64,000 bases of DNA from Geopsychrobacteraceae bacterium (GCA_963676795.2 CAXXTB010000001.1:608001-672000); one strand, 5' to 3'. Positions 19,813 through 29,791 are shown, counted from the stretch's first letter. The notes: generated from the letters alone by a model not told the origin. Made by a program: numbers and translations.

Positions 19813-21141
19813 TCAGAATTTGTAACTGAACTGAACGCTGGCAATATCGACGGAGTTTTCGTAGCTGCCGGAGATATTGCCCATGGTTGTGCTTGTCAGA
19901 TCAAGTTTGGCATCGTTGACAAAAATGTGAACATAGGCAGCATCAAGGGCGATTCGATTGCTGACCTGATAGCCGGCACCAAGAGAGATCCAGATGCGAT
20001 CTTCGCCGGGGATACGTGGCGTGCGGTACTTGTCGGATACCGGTGATTCGTCATAGGCCAAACCGGTGCGCAGGGTCAGGGCTTCTGTTGGCTGGTAGGT
20101 CGCGCCGATGGAATAACGCCAGGTGTCGTTCCAGTGTTCCGGGGTTGTTGATTCTGTGCGTCCCCCGATGACTCCGTCTTCAAAGACGATTGTCATTTCA
20201 TCGAAGCTGCTCCATTGGGTCCAGCTGATATCGGCCATGAGGGCCCATTGCGTGTTGATGCGGTGGAGCAGGCTCAGAGAGGCAGAGGCTGGGAGGGTGA
20301 TATCGCTGCTTATGCTCTCTGCGCTGAATGCAGCAGCATAGGCTGTCATGGTTGTTGGCAGATCTGAGCTGACATCTCCTTTGAGATTATGATCGTATTC
20401 GGAACGGTAGGAGACACCAATGCGGGTTTCAGAGGTGAACTGGTAGATCAGTCCCAGGTTGAAGCCGAAGGCCCAATCATCGCCTGTGTTTTCCACCAGT
20501 ACGTCATAGTCAGTGTCGCTCAGGTTGGCGAGATCGGCTGGATTGTGCGTTATGTTATAAGTGACCAGCCCGCCATCCACCATGCTGGACAGGGTCGCTT
20601 CGATATACTGGGCGCTTATCCCCGCTCCAAAGCTCAGTTTTTCCGTGGCTTGATAGGCGATGGCCGGATTGATGTTTATGGTTTTGACCTCAGATTTCAC
20701 CGCGTGATAACGGCCGACCCAGGTTTTGTCATATTCGGTGGTCAGGCCGAATGGTGCAGTGAGGCCCAGGCCGACAGCCAGTTTTTCATTGATTCTGTTG
20801 CTGTAATAGAGGTTCGGTACAAACCCGGGGCTGCCGGCATCGCCGCCTTCATCGGTGCCGAGGGGGGCACCAAGGATATTGGTTGCACTGTCGAGGTTGA
20901 ATTTTGCCGAAGGCACAACCATATGCACCCCGCCGATCACCTGCTGTCCTTCCAGAAGGGTTAAGCCGGCCGGATTGTAAAAGATTGTCGAAGCGTCTTC
21001 GGCGCTGGCAGCGGCACCGGCAAAGGCGTTGCCGAGTCCGGTGACGGACTGTTCGATCAGGGCGAAGCCTGAAGCGTAGAGGGGGCTGCTGACAGCCAGC
21101 AAGAGGATGGATAGCAGCGTAATCCTGATTTTTACGGTCAT
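19813..21141 (-). CDS. fadL: FadL/OmpP1 outer-membrane hydrophobic-compound channel
   Basis: Signal peptide, SGFALIEQS..GLGNAFAG, YNPAG, PFGL, RTPRIP and C-terminal YKF. Confidence 0.9.
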   Translation of the reverse strand: MTVKIRITLLSILLLAVSSPLYASGFALIEQSVTGLGNAFAGAAASAEDASTIFYNPAGLTLLEGQQVIGGVHMVVPSAKFNLDSATNILGAPLGTDEGGDAGSPGFVPNLYYSNRINEKLAVGLGLTAPFGLTTEYDKTWVGRYHAVKSEVKTININPAIAYQATEKLSFGAGISAQYIEATLSSMVDGGLVTYNITHNPADLANLSDTDYDVLVENTGDDWAFGFNLGLIYQFTSETRIGVSYRSEYDHNLKGDVSSDLPTTMTAYAAAFSAESISSDITLPASASLSLLHRINTQWALMADISWTQWSSFDEMTIVFEDGVIGGRTESTTPEHWNDTWRYSIGATYQPTEALTLRTGLAYDESPVSDKYRTPRIPGEDRIWISLGAGYQVSNRIALDAAYVHIFVNDAKLDLTSTTMGNISGSYENSVDIASVQFSYKF

Positions 21142-21379
21142 GGCAACTCCTTCGTCGTATCGACAGGGTGGCAGTGAGCAGTCATTGTTGTTACAAAATT
21201 ACGCAGCATCATAAGGTAAAGTTACCTTTGCTACAACACTGCAGTGCTCATATCGGCTGCCCCGGCGCGTCAACTTGACGACCTGCCTTGCTTGACAGCC
21301 ACTAAGTGCTATGCTAACGAAGATCACTTGCCTGCTTGTGCAGTTCCTGATCCATATTTTTTGACAAGGAGAACGTCAA

Positions 21380-22669
21380 ATGAATCGACAGCAATCGGAG
21401 GCTGCGTTCAACGCCGCCAGACAGGTTATACCGGGGGGCGTCAACAGTCCTGTCCGTGCTTTCAAATCTGTGGGTGGGTCGCCCTTGTTCATAGAACGTG
21501 CGGCAGGCAGCAAGATTTACGATATCGACGGCAATGAATATATCGATTACGTCGGCTCATGGGGGCCGATGATCCTTGGTCATTGTCATCCCAAGGTGGT
21601 TGAGGCGATCCAGAAAACGGCAGCCAGTGGTGCTTCCTTCGGAGCGCCGACCCCGCGCGAGACACAGCTTGCCGAACTGGTCTGCGAGGCCTATCCGAAT
21701 ATTGAAAAGGTCCGTATGGTTTCCTCCGGAACCGAAGCGACCATGAGTGCGATCCGGCTGGCCCGCGGTTACACCGGGCGTGACAAGATTCTCAAGTTCG
21801 ACGGCTGTTATCACGGTCATGCCGATTCCCTGCTGGTCAAGGCGGGCAGTGGTGCTGCGACCTACGGGGTGCCGACCTCGCCTGGTGTGCCGGATGATTT
21901 TGCCAAATATACCCTGACCGCGGCCTATAACGATCTCGACGGGGTCAAGCGGATCATGGCCGCCAACCAGGGGGAGGTCGCCTGTATCATCATTGAGCCG
22001 ATTGCCGGCAATATGGGGCTGGTTCCACCGCAGCCCGGTTTTCTGGAAGGACTGCGTGAACTCTGTACGGAAGAAGGGACGCTGCTGGTCATCGATGAGG
22101 TCATGACCGGTTTTCGGGTCGCTTTCGGCGGAGCGCAGGAGCTCTACGGTGTGCGCGGTGATCTGGTGACCCTCGGCAAGATCGTCGGTGGTGGATTGCC
22201 GGTCGGTGCTTTCGGCGGAAAGCAGGAGATCATGGATTGCCTCTCGCCGGAAGGTGGCGTCTACCAGGCCGGAACCCTGTCGGGAAATCCGCTGGCGATG
22301 AGTGCCGGGATCGCGACCCTCGAGCTGCTCAAGGAAGAAGGCTTCTACGCTCAGCTCGAAGAAAAGACGGCCTACCTGGAAAAGGGGCTGCTGCAGGTTG
22401 CCGCAGGCAGTGACGTAGATACCTGCTGGCAGCGTGTCGGCGGGATGTTCTGTACCTATTTCCAGAAAGGGCCGGTGCGCAACTTTGCCGAGGCTTTGGC
22501 GAGCAACTCGGTGCAGTTCGGCCGATTCTTCCGCGCCATGCTTGAGAACGGGGTCAATCTGGCGCCAGCGCAGTTTGAAGCAGGTTTTATGAGTATTGCC
22601 CATTCGCAGGAGGATCTGGATCGAACGATCGAGGCGGCGGACAAGGCATTCAAGTCGTTGAAGGCATAA
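21380..22669 (+). CDS. hemL: Glutamate-1-semialdehyde 2,1-aminomutase
   Basis: [42 protein letters not shown] and [10 protein letters not shown]. Confidence 0.97.
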   Translation: MNRQQSEAAFNAARQVIPGGVNSPVRAFKSVGGSPLFIERAAGSKIYDIDGNEYIDYVGSWGPMILGHCHPKVVEAIQKTAASGASFGAPTPRETQLAELVCEAYPNIEKVRMVSSGTEATMSAIRLARGYTGRDKILKFDGCYHGHADSLLVKAGSGAATYGVPTSPGVPDDFAKYTLTAAYNDLDGVKRIMAANQGEVACIIIEPIAGNMGLVPPQPGFLEGLRELCTEEGTLLVIDEVMTGFRVAFGGAQELYGVRGDLVTLGKIVGGGLPVGAFGGKQEIMDCLSPEGGVYQAGTLSGNPLAMSAGIATLELLKEEGFYAQLEEKTAYLEKGLLQVAAGSDVDTCWQRVGGMFCTYFQKGPVRNFAEALASNSVQFGRFFRAMLENGVNLAPAQFEAGFMSIAHSQEDLDRTIEAADKAFKSLKA

Positions 22670-22769
22670 AATACCATGAAGCGCAATATGCCGGACAAAG
22701 CGATTGACTTGCGAGGATTTGCATGGTAGTAAATGCGGGTTCAAATACCGGAATAAGTGATGCTTCCCG

Positions 22770-23015
22770 ATGAACGAAAATAGACGCGAACTGTTTAAGA
22801 CCCTTGGCTTTATGTCGAGTGCCGGGATCTCTCTCGTTGCGGCCATTCTGATTGGCCTGGCGATGGGCTACTATATCGACAAATGGCTTGATACGCGTCC
22901 GATTTTCACCCTGTTCATGATGGTTATGGGGGTTATTTCCGGATTCCGTAATGTCTATCTGCTGACCAAGCGTGAACTCAAGCGCCAGCAGCAGGAAGAA
23001 GATAATCAGCAATGA
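22770..23015 (+). CDS. atpZ: AtpZ/AtpI-family ATP synthase accessory protein
   Basis: GYYIDKWLDT.P motif, two TM segments, first gene of the Fo cluster. Confidence 0.8.
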   Translation: MNENRRELFKTLGFMSSAGISLVAAILIGLAMGYYIDKWLDTRPIFTLFMMVMGVISGFRNVYLLTKRELKRQQQEEDNQQ

Positions 23016-23377
23016 ACGTCAATGACGACCGACTTCTGGCCGAGATGGCCTTGAGGAACTGGTTGATCCTGCTTGTTCTCGTCGCCCTGAGCCTGTTCTG
23101 GAAATCAACATCGGTAACCCTCGGGGTATTGGCGGGTGGTCTGCTGGTCATCTTCAATTACCGCAGCATGGGCAAATCGTTGACGAAGCTGCTCGGTAAT
23201 CCGCAGGCCGCTTCTCAAAAAGGCTTCAAGGTCAATTACCTGTTTCGTCTGGCCTTTATCGCCTGTGCTTTATTTCTGCTTATTGTTCGTGCGAAGGTGC
23301 ACCCGTTGGCTCTGGTGGTCGGCCTTTCGGTGGTCGTCCTGAATATATTTATTACGACAGTCAAGAGACTCTACTGA
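23012..23377 (+). CDS. atpI: ATP synthase protein I
   Basis: Four TM segments, overlaps atpZ by 4 nt, precedes atpB. Confidence 0.8.
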   Translation: MNVNDDRLLAEMALRNWLILLVLVALSLFWKSTSVTLGVLAGGLLVIFNYRSMGKSLTKLLGNPQAASQKGFKVNYLFRLAFIACALFLLIVRAKVHPLALVVGLSVVVLNIFITTVKRLY

Positions 23378-23408
23378 CTTAAGAATAAGAAAGATATAGG
23401 AGAGGTTC

Positions 23409-24077
23409 ATGGTACATCCATTTTTATTCCTGCACGGACTCGGTCAAATGCTTCATGTCAACGATGAGGTTATTTACACCTGGCTGGTCATGTTGATCCT
23501 CATTGTTGTCTCTTTTCTGGCAACCCGTGCTATCAAACTGGTTCCCGGTGGCGTGCAGAATTTCATGGAAGCCATCGTCAGCGGTGTCGAGAACCTGATC
23601 GAGGAGACCATGGGCGAAGAAGGCAAAGCTTTCTTCCCGCTGCTCGCGACCCTGGCTCTGTTCATCCTGGTCTGTAACCTGATCGCCCTGATTCCGGGTT
23701 TCTTTCCTCCGACTGCCAAGCTCAACACTAACGTGCCGATGGCTCTGATCGTCTTCTTTGTCACCCACTATGTCGGTGTCAAGAAGCACGGCGCCGGCTA
23801 TCTCAAGCACTTCATGGGGCCGATCCTCTGGCTGGCACCATTGATGTTCATTATTGAAATCATCGGTCACCTGGCTCGTCCGCTGTCTCTGACCTTGCGT
23901 CTTTTCGGTAACATGGCCGGTCACGAGATCGTGCTGATGATCTTCTTCATGCTCGTACCGCTGTTCTGCCCACTGCCGATGATGCTGCTCGGCGTGCTGG
24001 TTGCCTTCATCCAGACCTTTGTTTTTACCCTGCTGGCCATGATCTACATCGCCGGCGCTCTGGAAGAAGCGCACTAA
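23409..24077 (+). CDS. atpB: ATP synthase Fo subunit a
   Basis: [26 protein letters not shown] and FIQTFVF. Confidence 0.97.
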   Translation: MVHPFLFLHGLGQMLHVNDEVIYTWLVMLILIVVSFLATRAIKLVPGGVQNFMEAIVSGVENLIEETMGEEGKAFFPLLATLALFILVCNLIALIPGFFPPTAKLNTNVPMALIVFFVTHYVGVKKHGAGYLKHFMGPILWLAPLMFIIEIIGHLARPLSLTLRLFGNMAGHEIVLMIFFMLVPLFCPLPMMLLGVLVAFIQTFVFTLLAMIYIAGALEEAH

Positions 24078-24177
24078 ATAAAGTTTCTTAGCGCCGCTCA
24101 CAGGGGTGGGCGGCAAGTCCTATACTGTTTAGGAACAATCGACATTATCTGGTTTTAAGAAAAGAAGGAGCAAGGCA

Positions 24178-24450
24178 ATGGAATTTTTCGCATTTTGTAT
24201 GATCGCTGCTGGTATTGGTATGGGCCTGGGTGCTGTTGGTACCGGTATCGGTCAGGGTTTCGCAGTTAAGGGTGCTTGTGAAGGCGTTGCTCGTAACCCA
24301 GGCGCTTCCGGTAAGATCCTGACCACCATGATGATCGGTCTGGCGATGATCGAGTCTCTGGCAATCTACGTTTTCGTTGTTGCTATGATTATCCTCTTCG
24401 CTAACCCATTCACCGAGCAGGTTCTCAACCTGGTTGGCGCTGCTCACTAA
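24178..24450 (+). CDS. atpE: ATP synthase Fo subunit c
   Basis: Gly-rich helix 1, ARNP loop, MIESLAIY. Confidence 0.97.
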   Translation: MEFFAFCMIAAGIGMGLGAVGTGIGQGFAVKGACEGVARNPGASGKILTTMMIGLAMIESLAIYVFVVAMIILFANPFTEQVLNLVGAAH

Positions 24451-24473
24451 ACAGAGCGCTTTCAAAAGGTGTC

Positions 24474-24509
24474 AAAAAGAGGCGGCCAACCGGTCGCCTC
24501 TTTTTTTTT
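24474..24509 (+). terminator. Rho-independent terminator of the atp Fo operon
   Basis: aaaaagaggcggcc-aacc-ggtcgcctc followed by a run of T. Confidence 0.9.
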
Positions 24510-24577
24510 GCATGTTACACTTGTCTTGATCTCATTGGTCCGATGTGAATATATCATATGAATATTCTCATTTTTGG

Positions 24578-24606
24578 TTGCAATCAAAGTATTATAACTG
24601 TAGTGT
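24578..24606 (+). promoter_or_regulatory. Putative sigma70 promoter of the cbcL homologue
   Basis: TTGCAA-N17-TAGTGT in an AT-rich intergenic region. Confidence 0.4.
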
Positions 24607-24749
24607 TTTGATATATTCGTAAAGCTGAATATGGAGATCTGTGTCTCGCCCCCTCGGCCTTGAGTTCTTTCGTACTGCCACGAAATATGCGAAGAGTTCG
24701 GGGAAATATAATGATGTACAGCTTGTATCTTCAGTCAAGGAGCAGATCG

Positions 24750-26615
24750 ATGCGTAAGGTCCTCTTTCTGTCGTTGTTGCTGCTGGTGTCTCTGGGAGTC
24801 TGTCAGGCGTTTGCGGCAAATACCATCTCATCGCCGGAAACCTGTCTGGAGTGTCATGAAGATGTCATCGATGGGGACAGTTTTGTCTCATCGGTCCACG
24901 GCACAAACGGCTGTGTGGCCTGTCATACCGAGCTGACCGACCTTGACGCGCACATGGAAGGCGACCTGATGCCCGGCAAGGTCGACTGCGCACGCTGTCA
25001 CAAGGATGAATTCCGAGACTATTTCGACAGCGTTCACAATATCGTTCATCCCAATATCAATATGGGCTGCAGCTCCTGTCATTCGGATATCCACAGTGTT
25101 CAGACGTTGGCCGCTGACAAGGCTGCCGCCAACGCGACCTGCGCCCAGTGCCATGTCTCCGTTCCTGCGCATTACAAGGACTCTGTCCATGCCCAGGCGA
25201 TTGCCTCCGGAAATATGGATTCTGCAGGCTGTGTCGATTGTCACACTGCTCATAGTGTTCGGTCGCTCGATGACATGGATGCCCGTGAACAGGCGAACTT
25301 CCGTACCGAACCCTGTATGAATTGCCATGCCGACGAAGAGATGATGGCCCGGAATGGCGTCATGACCGTCGCCGTCGGCACCTATCTGGAAAGCTATCAC
25401 GGCAAGAATTTTCACCTCGGCTATCCTGAGAAGGTTGCCGGTTGCGCAGACTGCCATTCGGCGCATGAGGTTCTGCCTCAAGCTGATGAAAAATCATCGA
25501 TCAATATGGCCAATCGGGTTGAAACCTGCGGCAAGTGCCATGAAAACTCATCGGCCCAGTTCGTCAAATTCTATGCCCATGGTGATATGACGGACAAGGA
25601 CAATTATCCGATTCTGTTTTTTACCTATGTGGCCATGACCATTCTGTTGGTCGGGACCTTCGGTGCTTTCTGGCTTCATTCGCTGCTTTGGATGTTCAGG
25701 GGCTTTGTCGAGAATCGTGATAGAAAGAAAGCTCTTGCTGCCGGTGGTGTCGAGCATACGATCGCTAACCCGCACAAGATCTATCGTCGTTTTAAGGGCA
25801 TTCATATCGCCATGCACCTGATGGTTATTACCAGTTTCCTGCTGCTGGCCTTGACCGGCCTGCCGCTCAAGTTTGCCGATCAGGTCTGGGCCAAGGTTCT
25901 GATATCGGTATGGGGCGGAGTAGAAACGGCCGGGATCCTGCACCGCATCGGCGCTGTGATTACCTTTGCCTACTTCACTATGGCGATCGTCATGAGCGCC
26001 AGGTTCCTCTTTAAAAATCTGCAGTATCCGGTTGAGCTGATTCAGCGCCTGTTTGGTCCCGAGTCGCTCTGTCCGAGTATGAGAGATTTGCAGGATGTCA
26101 CCAAGACGGTACGCTGGTTCTTCTTCCTCGGCCCGAAGCCAACCTATGACCGCTGGACCTACTGGGAGAAATTCGATTTCATCGCGGTTTTCTGGGGTAT
26201 GTTCGCCATCGGTGGTTCAGGCCTTTTGCTCTGGTTCCCAGAGTTCTTCGGGACTGCCCTGCCGGGTTGGATCTTCAATGTGGCGACCATCATTCACTCC
26301 GATGAAGCGTTGCTGGCAACCGGTTTTATCTTTACTGTGCACTACTTCAACACCCATGGCCGACCGGAGAAATTCCCAATGGATTTCGTCGTTTTCAACG
26401 GGGAGCTGTCAAAAGAGGAGTTTATCGAAGAGCGCGGTGATCAGTGGAAGCGTTATGAGGAAGCCGGCATCCTCAAGGATTATGAAGTCAAGAGACCGAG
26501 TGGCGCGATATACGACTTTTTCCTCAAGGGCTTCGGGTTCAGCGCCGTACTGATCGGTATTGCGTTGCTTGCCTTGATGATCTATGCCTTCACCCTGGGT
26601 GGCCACCATTTCTAG
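24750..26615 (+). CDS. cbcL: CbcL-like fusion of a nonaheme c-cytochrome and a cytochrome b (inner-membrane quinol oxidase)
   Basis: Signal peptide; nine CxxCH (CLECH, CVACH, CARCH, CSSCH, CAQCH, CVDCH, CMNCH, CADCH, CGKCH); FdnI/HydC-type b domain (LTGLPLKF, LHRIGA, RWTYWEKFD, IHSDEALLA); AAGGAG RBS. Confidence 0.85.
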   Translation: MRKVLFLSLLLLVSLGVCQAFAANTISSPETCLECHEDVIDGDSFVSSVHGTNGCVACHTELTDLDAHMEGDLMPGKVDCARCHKDEFRDYFDSVHNIVHPNINMGCSSCHSDIHSVQTLAADKAAANATCAQCHVSVPAHYKDSVHAQAIASGNMDSAGCVDCHTAHSVRSLDDMDAREQANFRTEPCMNCHADEEMMARNGVMTVAVGTYLESYHGKNFHLGYPEKVAGCADCHSAHEVLPQADEKSSINMANRVETCGKCHENSSAQFVKFYAHGDMTDKDNYPILFFTYVAMTILLVGTFGAFWLHSLLWMFRGFVENRDRKKALAAGGVEHTIANPHKIYRRFKGIHIAMHLMVITSFLLLALTGLPLKFADQVWAKVLISVWGGVETAGILHRIGAVITFAYFTMAIVMSARFLFKNLQYPVELIQRLFGPESLCPSMRDLQDVTKTVRWFFFLGPKPTYDRWTYWEKFDFIAVFWGMFAIGGSGLLLWFPEFFGTALPGWIFNVATIIHSDEALLATGFIFTVHYFNTHGRPEKFPMDFVVFNGELSKEEFIEERGDQWKRYEEAGILKDYEVKRPSGAIYDFFLKGFGFSAVLIGIALLALMIYAFTLGGHHF

Positions 26616-26668
26616 CGTTGGGATCCGGCAAGAGGCTGCACAACGCAGCTTCTTGCCGGAATGATGAC

Positions 26669-26908
26669 ATGATGAATGATCTCTTCCTGCCTATAATCGC
26701 TTTTGTTGTCTATATCACTGGCGGTCTGCTGACTTTTGCCGGGATTGTCATGATCCTGCTGTTGCGGGGAAAAAATCTGTGGGGCTGGGGTGATGCCTAT
26801 GGGATTGGTTTCTTAAGTGTCTTTATTGGTCTGGTTCTGTGCATTCTCGGGGTTCTGATCCTCCGGATCGTCAGAAATCGGGACCTCAGGAATTTTGAAG
26901 ATTCCTGA
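26669..26908 (+). CDS. Small two-TM hypothetical membrane protein
   Basis: About 79 aa with two hydrophobic helices, directly after cbcL. Confidence 0.6.
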   Translation: MMNDLFLPIIAFVVYITGGLLTFAGIVMILLLRGKNLWGWGDAYGIGFLSVFIGLVLCILGVLILRIVRNRDLRNFEDS

Positions 26909-26929
26909 GTGTTTTACTGTCCCGCAGGG

Positions 26930-26958
26930 TTGACGCTTGCCCATTCCAGATCTAGTCT
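26930..26958 (+). promoter_or_regulatory. Putative sigma70 promoter of the imcH homologue
   Basis: TTGACG-N17-TAGTCT. Confidence 0.5.
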
Positions 26959-27052
26959 TTATTTACAGCTTCTTTATTCTTCAATTTAAAAGCAGTCCCT
27001 GCCACAGTGTATAGCGGTTTTTGACGTTCAGCTCTTCCGGGGAGGTCTGCTT

Positions 27053-28507
27053 ATGTTGGAAAAGCTTGTCGATCTTCTGAAAACCTTCATTCATGCCATT
27101 CAGTGCAGCAGGCTGGCGATATCCGGGGCAATCCTGGTGACGCTGGTCTTCCCCTTTCTGGCTGCGGCCGTTCTTTATGACAGCTTTTTACATCTGGAAA
27201 ACCCCTATTTCGGTGGTTTCATCTATATGGTCCTTGGACCGCTCTTCATCCTGGGTTTGATCCTGGTTTTCATCGGGGTTTTTCTGGCCCGTGGTCAGGA
27301 AGAGGTGAGGCTTTTTACCCTCGAATACCTGCGCCGTCAGCTGGCTGATGAAGGTGGCTACGACCGGATGCGCAAGATGATGTTTCTGGTTATTCTGCTG
27401 ACCGGAGTCAACCTGGTGATTGTCAGTGTCATTGCTTACAGCGGTTATCACTATATGGAGTCGAATGCCTTCTGCGGCGAGGTCTGTCATGTGCCGATGA
27501 CTCCGGAATATACGGCCTATCAGAACTCTCCTCATTCCAGGGTCGATTGCGTAGAATGTCATATCGGCACCGGAGCTTCATGGTTTGTCAAGTCAAAGCT
27601 CTCGGGAGCCAGGCAGCTGTATGCCGTGGTTGCCGATACCTTTTCGCGACCGATTGAAACCCCGGTCCATGGCCTGCGGCCGGCCCGCGATACCTGTGAA
27701 CAGTGCCATCGTCCCGAGAAGTTTCATGGCGACAAGCTGGTAATAAAGGATAAGTTCCTCGAGGATGAAAACAATACCCGTGTCCAGACCGTACTGCTGA
27801 TGAAAATCGGCAGTGCCGGGGACCTGGCTTCAAGCTCCCATGGGATTCACTGGCACGTCGCGCTGGAAAATCGTATCGAGTATGTTGCCGTAGACCGGGA
27901 ACGGCAGGTTATTCCGGAGGTCCGATTGAGCCGGGGGGGGGGATCTCCAGCGATCTATCGCAATGCGGATGCGGATCAGCTGATAGTCGATGCCGAGGAG
28001 ATGCAGGTCCGCGAAATGGATTGTATCGATTGCCATAATCGACCGAGTCATATCTATCTGTCAGCCGATCAGGCTCTCGATGCCAAACTGCTGATCGGAG
28101 AAATCTCTGTGGAATTGCCGTTTATAAAGAAGCAGGCGATGGCCATTATCGGCAAAGAATATGTTACCCATGAACAGGCCCGTGAATCGATTGCCGTTGA
28201 GCTAGACGACTTTTACCGGAAACAGTATCCCGATATCTACAGCACCCGGCGTGTCGAGCTTAAAAGGTCAATAGCTGGGGTGCAAAAGGCCTATACGGAA
28301 AATGTCTTTCCCGCCATGAAAATTGGCTGGCAGACCTATGCCAGCAACATCGGTCATACCTATGCACAGGGCTGCTTCCGTTGTCATGATGAAGAACATG
28401 AGTCGGAAGATGGAGCAACGATATCCATGGATTGCGAGACCTGTCATACGATCCTTGCCGAGGAAGAGGAAAACCCGAAGATTCTTCAGACCTTGTTGGG
28501 TATCTGA
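27053..28507 (+). CDS. imcH: ImcH-like NapC/NirT-family multiheme inner-membrane cytochrome with six heme motifs
   Basis: Three TM segments; CGEVCH, CVECH, LRPARDTCEQCH.PEKF, GIHWH, MDCIDCHNRP, CFRCH and CETCH match the ImcH pattern as recalled. Confidence 0.8.
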   Translation: MLEKLVDLLKTFIHAIQCSRLAISGAILVTLVFPFLAAAVLYDSFLHLENPYFGGFIYMVLGPLFILGLILVFIGVFLARGQEEVRLFTLEYLRRQLADEGGYDRMRKMMFLVILLTGVNLVIVSVIAYSGYHYMESNAFCGEVCHVPMTPEYTAYQNSPHSRVDCVECHIGTGASWFVKSKLSGARQLYAVVADTFSRPIETPVHGLRPARDTCEQCHRPEKFHGDKLVIKDKFLEDENNTRVQTVLLMKIGSAGDLASSSHGIHWHVALENRIEYVAVDRERQVIPEVRLSRGGGSPAIYRNADADQLIVDAEEMQVREMDCIDCHNRPSHIYLSADQALDAKLLIGEISVELPFIKKQAMAIIGKEYVTHEQARESIAVELDDFYRKQYPDIYSTRRVELKRSIAGVQKAYTENVFPAMKIGWQTYASNIGHTYAQGCFRCHDEEHESEDGATISMDCETCHTILAEEEENPKILQTLLGI

Positions 28508-28539
28508 GCCGATAAAAATTCGCTCTGTCTGTGACCCTC

Positions 28540-28575
28540 TCCCCGGACCGCGACATGCTGTCCGGGGATTTGTGT
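28540..28575 (+). terminator. Probable terminator after imcH
   Basis: tccccggac...gtccgggga followed by tttgtgt. Confidence 0.55.
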
Positions 28576-28686
28576 TCTGAAACAAAAATCTGGACACTTT
28601 CAGGGCTGACAGGCTTCCAGGGGACTGGTTATCTGACGGTGCTTCTGCTATGAATAGACGTTCTGACAATTTATCAAGGAGTCATC

Positions 28687-29268
28687 ATGGCAACTATAAA
28701 AGAAAAATTCTGGATCGATCCTGCCAAGGCCGCATTGGTCGTTATCGACGTTCAGGAAAAACTCGCCCCGGCAATGAACCCGAAGCTCTATGTCCGCCTC
28801 AAGGAAAACCTGCCGCTGTTGATCGAAGGCTGCAAGACCGTTGGCGTGCCGGTTATTGCGAGCGAACAGTATCCCAAGGGGCTTGGGGCTACGCTGCCCC
28901 TCTATCAGGCTGCAACCGAGGAGACCTGTGTCGCCAAGACCGCGTTCAGTTGCTGTGGCGAAGAGGATTTCGTCACTGCTCTGAAGAAAACCGGAGCGAC
29001 TCAGGTGATCGTGACCGGCATGGAGACCCACGTCTGTGTGCTGCAGACAGTCCTCGATCTGCTCGATCAGGGCTTGACCGTGCATCTGGTCAGTGATGCA
29101 GTGGCGTCGCGTTTCCTCAGTGACTACAGCAACGCACTGAGCCTGGCCACTCAGGCCGGGGCCGTGGTGACGACACTCGAAACCGTTCTCTTTCAGTTGA
29201 TCAAGGGAGCCGGTGAAGAGCACTTCAAAGCCATTTCGTCGCTGGTCCGTAAGAGACAGCACGGCTGA
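28687..29268 (+). CDS. Isochorismatase-family (YcaC/ISOC-like) hydrolase
   Basis: VVIDVQEKL, EQYPKGLG, KTAFSC and GMETHVCVLQT. Confidence 0.88.
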   Translation: MATIKEKFWIDPAKAALVVIDVQEKLAPAMNPKLYVRLKENLPLLIEGCKTVGVPVIASEQYPKGLGATLPLYQAATEETCVAKTAFSCCGEEDFVTALKKTGATQVIVTGMETHVCVLQTVLDLLDQGLTVHLVSDAVASRFLSDYSNALSLATQAGAVVTTLETVLFQLIKGAGEEHFKAISSLVRKRQHG

Positions 29269-29285
29269 TGAGCATTTAGGGACCT

Positions 29286-29723
29286 ATGTCGAATCTGATT
29301 TTGATTGTACTGATGGTTGCCGGTGGTGTCGCAGTCGCCGTGCAACCCTCGCTGAACGCCCGGTTGGCTGAAAAGACCGGGTTTATTCATGCCGCAACCA
29401 TCTCTTTTGCAGTAGGAACTGTCATCCTTTTTGTTGCCGCTGTGATGAGCGGGCAGGGGAGTTTCCGGCGCGTTGGTGATGCGGACTGGTGGCAGTTGAC
29501 GGGCGGTTTTTTCGGCGCTTTTTTTGTCGCTATGACCATTCTTGGTGTGCCGCGCATCGGGACCACGGCGGTACTGGCGCTGACCATTGTTTCCCAGTTG
29601 ATCGCAGGGCTGGTCATGGACCACTATGGACTTTTCGGCATGCGCGGAATACCGGTCGATCTTAAACGTATGGTCGGCGTTCTTCTGCTGGTTGCCGGGG
29701 CATACCTGGTCTGCAGGCAATAA
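29286..29723 (+). CDS. DMT-superfamily transporter (YdcZ/DUF606)
   Basis: VQPSLNARL, WWQLTGGFFGA and SQL...MDHYGLFG. Confidence 0.85.
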   Translation: MSNLILIVLMVAGGVAVAVQPSLNARLAEKTGFIHAATISFAVGTVILFVAAVMSGQGSFRRVGDADWWQLTGGFFGAFFVAMTILGVPRIGTTAVLALTIVSQLIAGLVMDHYGLFGMRGIPVDLKRMVGVLLLVAGAYLVCRQ

Positions 29724-29736
29724 TTTTGCAGTCGTC

Positions 29737-29791
29737 TTGACATTGGGTCAGTTACTCACTCATAGTGGGTGTTGTTAAAATTATTAACAAC
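29737..29791 (+). promoter_or_regulatory. Putative mbfA promoter with a downstream palindromic operator
   Basis: TTGACA-N18-CATAGT, then gttgttaa-aatta-ttaacaac (29771-29791). Confidence 0.5.

Noticed and set aside
21557..22846. 429-aa antisense ORF over hemL
   Set aside because: Shadow ORF caused by codon bias; no motifs; fully opposite a conserved gene
22770..24450. ATP synthase operon lacking the b and F1 subunits
   Set aside because: Split atp operons are normal in this lineage
24544..24558. CRP- or Rex-like site TGTGA-ATATA-TCATA
   Set aside because: The spacer is 5 nt rather than 6, so it does not fit
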